64,000 bases of DNA from Octopus sinensis. Lineage: Eukaryota. Location: NCBI RefSeq assembly GCF_006345805.1, contig NC_042999.1, forward strand, positions 72,664,001-72,728,000. The letters run 5' to 3'. The translations under genes were made by a program, and so were the position numbers. The notes beneath the pieces are model-generated. The model did not search any database. It was not told the origin of the DNA and was given only the letters and a program-made list of their open reading frames with translations. Below, piece by piece: positions 53,236 through 64,000 of this stretch. How positions within the stretch are numbered: the stretch's first letter is position 1; the number at the start of each line of letters is the position of its first letter.

Positions 53236-54015
53236 TCATCCCTACCTCCACATCTCTCCTCTATCCCTCTCTCTCTATTCCTCCCTCTCTCCCTCCCTCT
53301 CTCCACTTCCTTCTCTTTATCCCTCCCTCTCTCTGTCTATCTATCTCCCTCACTCTCCTTCCTTCTCTTTATCCCTCCCTCTCTTAGTCTCTCATCTCAC
53401 TGAATCAGTTATGCGAATAGGTGAAGGGGCCAAGATAGGGTTGTTTGCATCAAAGCCTCACAACTTTCTTAGAACCACTTTGTGAATACCAGAACAAATA
53501 TATCACCAGGAAGGATTATAAACTTCGCAACATACCCCGCCAGTTTTCTTTTGTAAAAATTAAGATCTTGTCTTTAGACAAAAACAAAAGCTATATTCAT
53601 AATAAAATTTGAATTCTCTTCATAAACTAGTCTTTCTCCAAAAACGTATGACCTTTCGTTTAATAAGGACAGTGATCGATTTAATACCAAATATGCCCGA
53701 CCTCTTACCAAACTGAGAAATCATGATTATTCAAGTAGTCAAACCGACGCCAAAATTAATGTTTATATAAAAACAAAAAGAGAGAAAGAGAAATATATAA
53801 CCTTATCAAGCATTGACGTGTTTCTGGCAGATAAAGTTTATTTCAATGATCATAAAGATAAATATAATTACAACAGCAATACATGGGTAGATGTGTATGG
53901 TGCTACCGTGTATGAATAGAGGAGATAAACTAAACAGCTTTAAGTTGATTCTCGCTCTCTCTTTTTCTGTTTGTTTAATTGCTTGTTTGCCAAATAAATC
54001 ATATTGCCATTCATG

Positions 54016-54340
54016 TGAGGGCGCGTGGCTTAGTGGTTAGGGCATTCGGCTCATGATCGTAAGGTTGTGAGTTCGATTCCCGGCGACGCGTTGTGTCCTT
54101 GAGCAAGACACTTTATTTCACGTTGCTCCAGTCCACTCAGCTGGCAAAAATGAGTTGTACTTGTATTTCAAAGGGTCAGCCTTGTCACTCTCTGTGTCAC
54201 GCTGATTATCCCCGAGAACTACGTTAAGGGTACACGTGTCTGTGGAATGCTCAGCCATTTGCACGTTAATTTCACGAGCAAGCTGTTCCGTTGATCGTAT
54301 CAGCTGGGACCCTCGTCGTCGTAACCGGCGGAGTCTTTTT
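54016..54340 (+). mobile_element. SINE family C, tail 2
   Basis: Clean A box TGGCTTAGTGG and B box GTTCGATTCC; shared body; distinct tail. Confidence 0.9.
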
Positions 54341-54588
54341 TTATTGCCATCATATCCAAAGAATTAGCTCTCACACACACACACATATACATACATGCAT
54401 ACATAAATATGTGTGTATGTACCCTGGGTTTCTTGTCATAAAGATATTCTTTATTGGGTATCATCAGACCCTAAGAATTTGTTAGCCTATGGCCTCTTTA
54501 AAATATCTATATATATAAAATCCTAATAAGACAAAGAAATAATAATCAGTTACAGTTATTTCTGTACCAACTCAACTTTCAACGCTAT

Positions 54589-54753
54589 TTCTTCTTCTTC
54601 TTCTTCTTCTTCTTCTTCTTCTTCTTCTTCTTCTTCTTCTTCTTCTTCTTCTTCTTCTTCTTCTTCTTCTTCTTCTTCTTCTTCTTCTTCTTCTTCTTCT
54701 TCTTCTTCTTCTTCTTCTTCTTCTTCTTCTTCTTCTTCTTCTTCTTCTTCTTC
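54589..54753. repeat. Perfect (TTC)n, about 55 units
   Basis: Direct reading. Confidence 0.97.
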
Positions 54754-55494
54754 TTTGTGTGAACTGGCTTTGAAATCAGAATTGGGATAGAAACTGATCA
54801 TTAAAGATGTGTTAAAGTTTTTTCTTTGTCAACTTATTTGGATTATATTTTAATCTTTCCTAAATCCACACTACGGATTTACCGTTGTAAAACTTGGATT
54901 TTCTACACCTGAAAAATTTCGATATTAGTCTGGAATTCGACAACGTAGGTAGCCTAAGGCTCGGGTTGAGTGCTGCATTGGAAATATCCTACCTTTATGC
55001 CTTCCCATATATATATATATATATATATATGCGTGTGTGTATGTGTATAAAATTATTTTATAATATCCTGATAGCTTTCTGTTTTTAACAATAAACGAAT
55101 CTAAGAGATATTTTCTCAAGACGAGTTTAGAAGGCTTCCAACTTATATACACTTTAAGAATGTATATTGATCACTAGTTTTGAACGAATATTGCCTGCGT
55201 CGATTTTTGTTCATCTAAGCAGCTAAATGTGACATTTCAATCTGGCAGCCGATGTTTGTTTGAGATGAGATGTTTCGTGGATATTTGCGGCTGATGAAGA
55301 TAACAAGCAGAAATCCATATCCAGTAACTTCGCCACCAATACTGGATGACTTCTCTGATATTTTAGTGTTTTTAATAATGTCTATAAGAGATATTTTCTC
55401 AAAACGCATATCGTAGTTTAGAAGGCTTTCGGCATGTACACTGTTTAAGTACGCTCACGAGTCACTAATATTATATTATATTATATTATATTAT

Positions 55495-55710
55495 AAAGCG
55501 GCTAGTTGGCAGAGTCGTAAACACGCTGGACAAAATGTTTAGCGGCTTTTCGTTCATCTTTACAATCTGAGCTCAAATTCAGCCGAGGTCGACTTCGCCT
55601 TTCATCCTTTCGTGACCGTTAAAATAAGTACCATTTGCGCACTAGAGTCGATGGAATTGACTAGTCTCTCCCGACAAAATTATTGTACCTATAATAGAAA
55701 GGAATATTAT
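55495..55710 (+). mobile_element. SINE family A, tail type 3
   Basis: Same head and core; tail ...CTATAATAGAAAGGAATATTAT. Confidence 0.85.
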
Positions 55711-55757
55711 ATAATATTGTATTATATTATATTATATTATATTATATTGGTGGTGGT

Positions 55758-56091
55758 GACCCCCTTCGGTCAGACACTGACCATGGGTTTGCACCTAGAG
55801 AGTTACCCTCTGTGCACATGTCTGGGCAAGGTTGTTTTATGGAAGACCAGCAGTCACCCATGCATACCGGCCTCCCCTCTCCACGTCACCGATGTTGTCC
55901 AAGGGAAAGGCAAGGGCCGATACAGCTTGGCACCTGTGACGTCGCAACTCATTTCTACAGCTGAGTGAACTGGAGCAACGTGAAAATAAAGTGTCTTGCT
56001 CAAGAACACAACACGCAGCCCGGTCCGGGATTCGAACTCACAACCTCACGATCGTAAGCTCGACGCTCTAACCACTGAGCCACGCGCCTTC
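55758..56091 (-). mobile_element. SINE family C, tail 3
   Basis: Reverse complement of the family C head and body, plus tail ...GGTGCCAAGCTGTATCGGCC.TTGCCTTTCCCTTGG. Confidence 0.9.
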
Positions 56092-56116
56092 TATATTATA
56101 TTATATTATATTATAT

Positions 56117-56331
56117 AAGGCAGCGACCTGGCAGAATAGTTAGCACACTAGACAAAATGCTTAGCGGCATTTCGTCCCTATTTATGTTCTCGGTTCAAAT
56201 TCCTCTGAGGTCGACTTTGTCTTTCTTCCTTTTGAGGACGACAAAATAAGTACCAGACAAGCACTGAGGTTGATATAATCGACTTACCTCTCTCCCTAAC
56301 TTGCTGACCTTGTGCCAAAATTTGAAACCAA
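56117..56331 (+). mobile_element. SINE family A, tail type 2
   Basis: Tail CCTTGTGCCAAAATTTGAAACCA. Confidence 0.85.
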
Positions 56332-56358
56332 TATTATATTATAATCGTTATATATTAT

Positions 56359-56551
56359 AATCGTTAGCACACTGGACAAAACGTTTAGCGGCATCTCGTC
56401 TGTTTTTACGTTCTGCGTTCAAATGCCGCTGAGGTCGACGTAGCCTTTCTTTCTTTCGGGATGAATATAATAAGCACCAATTTCGCACTGGGGTCGATGT
56501 AATCGATAATATTACCCGTGAATTTCTGGCCTTGTGCTTATAATAGAATGG
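56359..56551 (+). mobile_element. SINE family A, 5'-clipped, tail type 3
   Basis: Starts at TCGTTAGCAC; tail CTTATAATAGAATGG. Confidence 0.8.
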
Positions 56552-56555
56552 TCGG

Positions 56556-57342
56556 TTATTATTATTCAGGTGTTATTTTTATTGCGTACTTTTACTACAC
56601 TGCAGAGAGCAGCTCTATGTTCCACGGGTATGTGCACTATTTTGTTTCGGTGCTGTTTTTGTTTTGTTTTGTTGTTTTTTTACTGTAGTGAAAATACCCT
56701 AAAGAATATGTACGCTTTACTTAGAAGTTCTATTTTCTATATGCAATGCACATTTATTAGTCCTGAGATTTGGGTTATGCATCTCTCTGTGTGTTTCATT
56801 GTCATTTCCAAAGCACCTATTCTTACAGAGATTGTTTCTGTTCTCAGACCAAACATTTGGGTTATCTCTATTTCCAAGTCTTTATATTTACATAGTTTCT
56901 CCATTTTCTTCAGTATCATGTATTGAGGCTGGTTATGAGGTATTTCTTTTACTAGTGGCAAGCACAACATCTGATGCATGCATTCTTAACTCTATAATGT
57001 CTGTGAATCTTTCTGTGAATCTTTTCTTGATTAAAACTGGGCATCCTGAAACAGTATGGCTGAGTGTTTCTTTTTCATTTCTACATATTCCGTTCTTTCT
57101 ATATTCCACTCTATTATATGCTTTTAGTGGTTTCTGATGAGATGGCTTCCATCCTGTACAACAATCAAGGATCCCTGAGAAGCGCGATTCTCCCTTAAGA
57201 CTCGTGCCTCTCAATTACTTTTAGGATTTTTTTCTTTATTAACTTCCACCCCCTTCATGTTTTCTCAATATTTTCTTATCACCGTTTAATCATGGTATTG
57301 TGTAGTTCCAGTTTTAGATCAGGCTTTAGGTATTTCACGATT

Positions 57343-57409
<67 letters not shown>

Positions 57410-58400
57410 TTATCTATCTATCTATCTTTCTCTCTCTTTCATAGCTATCAGTTATTCTGCTTTGTATTTGTTAGCTTCCTTGAAGACAGAAGCAGGTTTT
57501 TTTATTTATTTTGTTCCTGTTTCATGACTATTTGTGTAAATCTATCATGATTCTGGACTAGATATTCTACAGTGGACATTTTTTATATTTTGCTTTGTAT
57601 TTGTGGTAAATATAGTCTTTCTATATTAAATTTTGGGTTGTGTATTCTAAATGCCGTCATTATTTTCTTTGTTTTCTTGTCAAGTCTTGCGAGTTCGTTT
57701 AGCGCTCATATGAGAATGTTTAAAACTGTAGCTTATAGCTGGGTCATATAAAACATTGATATATTTCCCTTTTTTTTTTGTATTCAGGTCCGTTTTAAGT
57801 ATTAGCCTAATATGTCTATAATATTGTTTCCTTGTGTGTTTTTTTCTTTCATTTGTGCGTGTTTCGCCTTATCTAATTCATATATTCCCAAAATATTTGT
57901 ATATCTGCAATTGATCTAATTCCCTTATCTTAGTTCCTTATTAGTATAGTATTAGTGTCAGTTATTTCCCTCCCTTCAAGGTCACCATGGCGCATTTTCC
58001 TAACCCGGATCTCATATTGATTTCTTTGCTAACTCCGTGCCCTGTCTGCTGTAACGTTTCTAGTTGCTTATCATTTGCAGCATCCCACTTTAGATGACCC
58101 ATATACAGAAATCGTTGGTTTATTTTCCACTGGATTTGTACCCTCGTCCATTTCTGCTTAACATGTCAGTTAAAGATATTAATGCCAGTCAGAAAGGATT
58201 GGAAAGAGGAGATCCTCTTGAAATATTCCTCTACTAATCAGGAAGATTTACTTCTTTATAATTCCGTCATTTGTCGGTAACTCAAAACAGTTTGTCGTTT
58301 ACTCACGAGATATTTCATATATCTTCTTATTGCTGGTGCAATTTTACTCATGACTAGTGTTTCCAGGATCCACAGTTTTTCGGATTTTTTGTGCAATAAG
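56556..58400 (-). mobile_element. R4/Dong-like (RLE) LINE 3' fragment ending in (AAT)n
   Basis: RT end (RGIFQ.., FLYMGHLK cf. YMDDLK, GLGKCAMVTLK), CCHC knuckle ICRNEKETLSHTVSGCPVL, RLE motif KYKDLEIEITQMFGLRTETISVRIGAL; (CT)n insertion at ~57345-57440. Confidence 0.8.
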
Positions 58401-59248
58401 TTCAAATTAAGCATTCCCCAATCAATAAACCTGAGCTAAAAAATACATTTATTTTACTTTTATTATTTGTTAATTTTTATCTCAGATGTGTGTGTGCGTC
58501 TGATGGTGAAGATAGAGAGAGAACCTGGTGCTAATACGAACCGTGCTCTGATGGACTTGTATGTACGCGGAATAATAAAGTTGGATTTTGTAAACTTTTG
58601 TAATACATCCTTTATATTAGGGAGATATAAATAAATTTTTGAAAGTATTATTTATGAAGTTATCTTATGTATGTGTGTATATATATATATACATGCACGT
58701 CGTTGTCGGCTCCTCCACGTTTCCGAGTATTTCTTTCTTCAGTGAAGAAATGCTCGTGGCGTGGTTGCCAGGAAGTGTCCCATGCACAGTGGTCTTGAAG
58801 ATATCCTCTACGGCACATTTCAATATGATATGCAGAACTATGATTGAAACTGGAATGCACTGTTAACAGCCCAGGTGTTGCTTGAGCTGCGCTTTCATAG
58901 TCGGTCCGTCTGTTCACTCGTTGATATCATAAGTCTTCATCTGTCTCCTGCCATTGGAGATTTTGAGTATAGATTTTTTAAAGATATGCTCCTCTAAATC
59001 TACTCAGCTCAGTGAGAGCAGACTATCCCTAAAACAGTTTTAGATAGGACGGTATTACTACTAAGTCAGGGTTTCCCTGAACACGATTGATCGTTTAGGA
59101 GTGTGAGGATCAGGGTCTAGAAAGAAGCCACATATTGCATATCACTACCTCTACACAACCTTTGAGCGTAATATATATGTATAAATCTATACATACATAC
59201 ATATATATATGTATGTATACATATATATATATGCCTGTAGATCGGTAC

Positions 59249-59295
<47 letters not shown>

Positions 59296-59976
59296 TGTAT
59301 GTATGTATGTATGTATGTATGTATGTATGTATATATGCGTTCGGTGCGAACGGTTTTGTTATACGGCGCCGGATTTTACAATCCTGTAAATAATAATAAT
59401 GGTATTTATATAAGCCTAAAGCTTATAGCGATCACCGTGCAATGATTAACAAAAATTGGCTAATAATGGGGCATATTAGCCCTCGACAGAAAAAAGTAGA
59501 TTTTCCTTTCTGCGTGATATATATATGATCACAACTCTCCGGCGAGCAGTAATGTGAAATTAAGTTTGTAAAGAATTTTTATCGGCTTTAATAAAAAGCA
59601 CATTGCTCCACCTTTGGTATTCGAGTATTAATCTTTTCCACTTTGTTTTGCAATAATGTGCTTACTTCTTCTGTGTGAGCTCACAAAGAGAGAGAGGGGA
59701 GGGAGAGAGATGACATTTATAAAATTCTTGCGCAACATTAAACGTTGAAAGTAGATATGATAGAAAAACTACACTGTACATTGCATATAAAAGCTTTATT
59801 TATACAGTTTCTATTCAATACAGCTGACATTGCTGACATTCAACATGAACGCCATCTTTCATAAGACATCGTATAAACCGGTTTTCCAACTCACTGACAG
59901 CATTCTTCAATTGGTTTTCCGTGATTTCATTGATTGCTTCTGTAACTCTGTGCCTATGTTCATCTTAAGAGTTGAT

Positions 59977-60373
59977 GAAGGCGGCAAGCTGGCAGAAATG
60001 TTAGCACGCCGGGCGAAATGCTTTGCGGTATTTCGTCTGCCGCTACGTTCTGAGTTCAAATTCCGCCAAGGTTGACTTTGCCTTTCATCCTTTCGGGGCC
60101 GATTAAATAAGTATCAGTTACGCACTGGGATCGATATAATCGACTTAATCCGTTTGTCTGTCCTTGTTTGTCCTCTCTGTGTTTAGCCTCTTGTGGGTAG
60201 TAAAGAAATAGGTATTTTGACTGCCGCTACGTTCTGAGTTCAAATTCCACCGAGGTCGATTTTGCCTTTCACCCTTTCGGGTCGATAAAATAAATACCAG
60301 TTGTGCACTGGGGTCAATGTTATCGACTTAACCCCTTCCCCAAAATTTCTGCCCTTGTGGCAAAATTTGAAAC
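59977..60373 (+). mobile_element. Dimeric SINE family A (full tail-1 monomer plus partial tail-2 monomer) with 16-bp TSD
   Basis: CATCTTAAGAGTTGAT at 59961-59976 and 60374-60389. Confidence 0.9.
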
Positions 60374-61340
60374 CATCTTAAGAGTTGATAAGTAAACAGC
60401 AGTTATACCAAGACTTCATAAAAATAGTCACTTAGGCGAACGGGGTGACCAAGCAATTTGTCGAGCCCTATTACTCCATTTGTCTACATACATATCATTC
60501 AAAACCCGTCGGATATCTGAAACATAGTAGCATGCTACGCCGCCTTGCTGGATTATCTAATTATCATAGCTCAGATGTGAGAGAATTCAGCAACATTAGA
60601 AGGTAACACTCACCATTCGCTGTTACTCCTTCAAATAAGAAGCGGCCGAAAGTGCATGACTTCTTGGTGGAGCGGTGGTTTACTTTTCCCCGAATTCAAG
60701 CAATGGCGGCGATACATTTTACCATTGAATCGAAAAGCTGCTTTTTCAGAAAATGTAAACAATTGGGAAGTGGTAATTTTGACAAAACCCATTCTTGCAC
60801 CGAAGTCTTCTTCCTTTAGCATTTCGACTATTTACACGTTGTGAGCAGGTTCATTTCGTTTCACTTTCAGAGTCTTCTGTCAACACTGCTGATGTGGTGG
60901 GATGTTTAGCATAACAGGTGCACGTTACGCTAATTTTATTGAATTTCTATAAAGTGTTTCCTGGACTACGGTCACAGCCTCCTGTGCTAACAGTTGGCCA
61001 TTCACTGGCACAGTTTTTTTTTTGTTTTATTTTGTTTTGTTTTTTTCAAACTGTTTCACCTAATTTTTAGCTAATTCTTGTGTGGTGCATCTTTCGTGTA
61101 ATAAGTTCTGCTATTGTAATAAACGCTAATTCTGCTAGTCATAGCACTCTGTTGACCTTTTCTTCAAATGTTGCCATTTACAAAACCTAAAGTCGCAGAA
61201 GGATTCTATAAACACCTTGTATATCTTTGTATACATGTGCACAAATTGAATGTATGTATGCATATTTGCGTGTATGTACATTTGTGTGTATGTGTATGTG
61301 TATGTGTATCTCTGACTGTTTTTAATGTATATTACAATGC

Positions 61341-61353
<13 letters not shown>

Positions 61354-61436
<83 letters not shown>
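61354..61436. repeat. (TG)n microsatellite
   Basis: Direct reading. Confidence 0.95.
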
Positions 61437-61849
61437 TGTATGAGTGTATCTATGTTTACAGGCTTCAGTCACTGAACTGCTATTATGTTGGGAACCACTT
61501 TAGTATATCCGTCATACCTATACCATGTTGTGTGTGTGTGTGTATGTGGAATATGGTGGAGTTTGTACGTTCTTGTGTTTAGGTTGTCTCGCAACACTGT
61601 AGCTCAACAAATAAAATTCAATAATTTAAGTACTATATATAAACATGTGTGTGTTTATGGATGGATGGATGGATGGATGGATAGATGGATATAATTTCTT
61701 ATAGGCTGAGAATAATTACAGTAGCTGTTCAAATGCCAAGAGTTTCGTGTAAAAGCACTTCAGAAACTAACAAATCAAAACTCTCATTACATTGACATCG
61801 AATGGTCAGTAAAATACCGATTTGGTCATAATATTACAGAATATATATT

Positions 61850-63050
61850 TTTAGAACTCAAGATAGATGATCGAGAAGAATGTCTAGCAACCCGTTAACT
61901 ACACATTATATTGAAGTACCACAAAATTAACTTCTTATCCGACCCTACTTTAATGAAGACACTGATTATTAAATGGTTTTGCAAAGTACACGATGCTCAC
62001 AAATGCAAATGTTCGGGATGGAATTCAGCACTTCGTTAGTCAAACTTGTCTTACAATAAGCACTAGTTTTAGGCAGCAGATTGTTCCCTAATTAGTGTCA
62101 TGGGCGCTGACGTGTTCTGCATGCTAGAAAGCCACTTCTTTTCTCTGATGACTAATTTGGGGTCAAGCATAAAGACACAGAACTTTTTGACATTTCCATA
62201 GGGCGTTTTGATTGAGCTTTAATGTGTAATCTAATAGAATTATTTACTCTAAACTCATTACAGGCAAAATTTCACTCCCAAGACACAGAGCTTTAATAGA
62301 CGATAGACTAATCACATGACATCATTAAAGCGACTAACAGCTTGAAAGGTTTAGAAGAAAAGTCTAATTGAAATGTTCAAAGAATTAAACTTAGGAATCA
62401 ACGTTAGGGCCAGCATAAACATAGTTAATTTCTTAAACATAACTTTAAACTTAATCCCAGTAAAATCTAAAGGGATATTGTAATGCATAAATATTCCAAC
62501 CATTCTTCTGCTACTTCAAAAGTCTAGCCTCGTAATATTAATAAACGGATCTCAGACATCATAGGATGAAGAATTTTTTAACCATACTGCAGAGTATTGC
62601 AATGATATAATGGAACGTATTTAAAGAAAGAAAAAATTTGTAAGATCCTATGATTTAACCTACCTTTTAGCTTTAAATATCGATTCAAATATTATTTGAT
62701 CTTTCTTAAACCTATGAAACAAAATCTTTCTTAAAACACTTAATTTCCTCAAAAATTTTCAATAGAAACAGTGTTATGAGTCATAGTTGTTTTTACGACT
62801 CTGCACACCTCTTTAGCGATAATCAATCTGGCAATAAACAAAATTCACTACCTTGATACAACTGCCTTTCATTAATATCTACCCGCTAGTCTTTTTCAAT
62901 AAAACTTTTCAGTAAAATGTAATGTACAAAACGAACATCTTTATTGGAAATAACAGCGACGCAAAAAAGGTTACAAGGGATTCACAGACAGAAAAGAAAG
63001 ATATTATAAAAAAAGATGCCTTTCTGACATTTTTCTGTCTTGCCAGAAAA
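61850..63050 (+). mobile_element. Penelope-like element remnant (RT plus GIY-YIG), multiply frameshifted
   Basis: Piecewise translation: HARKPLLFS..FGVKHKDTELFDISIGRFD.ALMCNLIELF; MFKELNLGINVRASINIVNFLNITLNL; PRNINKRISDI; KIFNRNSVMSHSC; NVMYKT...YKGFTDRKERYY, matching PLE RT/endonuclease motifs. Confidence 0.75.
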
Positions 63051-63391
63051 ATGTCAGAAAGACAGATCAGTTCCTCTCCAATTTTTTATAAATTCTTAAA
63101 TATATTTCCTTCTGTGTAGATATATACTACCAAACAAACATGATTTTTATTGAACTCCTAATACTTTTTGTTGAATACTTTCTTAAATACTTTCTTGTAA
63201 ACTGTTTTTAACATTTTCTTATTATTATCAAAGAATGTATAATTGTATTTTAATGCCTTTGTGACAACCAGGACTTAACACAACAAAGCTTATACAAAGC
63301 TTTACAGCTTACTTTTGATAAGCATTTTCTAAAAAGTGAAGCTGGTCAAGTCAATAAACACCTTTACAATTGCATTTTCAAACCTTCTCTC

Positions 63392-63427
<36 letters not shown>

Positions 63428-64000
63428 ATGTGTGTGTATGTATGTATGTATTATGTATGTATGTATGTATGTATGTATGTATGTATGTATGCATGTATGT
63501 ATGTATAAATAGCTGCACATACATGCTTTTATGTATACATTCCTATTATTGACTCAGTAGGTCTGTATAAATATTTCATACACTTAGTTTTCTTCATCTT
63601 TTCCTCCCCAACACAATACACCCTTTCTTAAACACGCCACACTTCCACAATGCCACACGCATATTCTTATCACTCCCTCCAGAAATATGTTCTAATTTAT
63701 GTAATACTATCATTCATAAACATATTTTTAAAATTTTCTATATATTTTATCTTATTTTATTCTACATATCTTAATGTACATATGCGTGAACATGCGTGTG
63801 TCTTTGTGTGTGTGAGTGTGTACATAAGTATGTATGTATGCATGCATGTATTATGCATGCATGCATGTATGTATGTATGTATGTATAGCCATCTATTTAT
63901 CATGCTTAATGTAAATACATAGCTGAAGGGTAAATTTACTGCGGTGTTCGCCCATAGATAACATCTCTTGTGGGCATGCCGTTGTTAAAATACTATTTAT

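Noticed and set aside
54016-54090. tRNA gene-like A/B boxes (also in the other SINE heads)
   Set aside because: They continue into SINE bodies and lack a clean cloverleaf and terminator; not tRNA genes.
54556-54801. Poly-glutamate ORF
   Set aside because: Translation of a perfect (TTC)n array; no flanking coding context.
58716-58742. Minus-strand CUGAAGA...GAAACGUG
   Set aside because: GUG triplet and unpaired helices I and II; at best a heavily decayed motif.

Overview
AT-rich, extremely microsatellite-dense eukaryotic DNA. The SINE families, repeat landscape and very long introns point to an octopus (coleoid cephalopod) genome; this is an inference. Only one confident coding feature was found: a large low-complexity exon on + (ATG 36208 in an ACCACCATG context, phase-1 donor at 38081) of an unidentified gene. 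There is also one weak 54-bp candidate exon. Almost everything else is repeat: three tRNA-headed SINE families with swapped 3' tails; decayed LINEs (Tx1, RTE x2, CR1 tail, R4/Dong-like); Penelope-like (PLE) remnants; Tc1/mariner fossils (DD36E, DD37D x2, DD34D); MITEs; a Helitron-type non-autonomous element; and recent tandem duplications. The most interesting signal is a set of about a dozen minimal type I hammerhead ribozyme (HHR) motifs in several unrelated sequence families, read by eye and folded by hand. One has a fully canonical core (1379-1420) and sits in the spacer of a ~290-bp foldback. A ~490-bp palindrome carries a decayed HHR in each arm (19344-19835). A near-canonical U4C variant lies at 34134-34171. 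A five-copy A6U family includes two copies repeated once per unit of a ~650-bp tandem array. Together with PLE RT/GIY-YIG remnants in the same window, these suggest a cephalopod system of short, HHR-bearing, foldback or tandem non-autonomous elements (retrozyme/mini-PLE-like). Self-cleavage, expression and novelty are untested. Boundaries of decayed elements are approximate.
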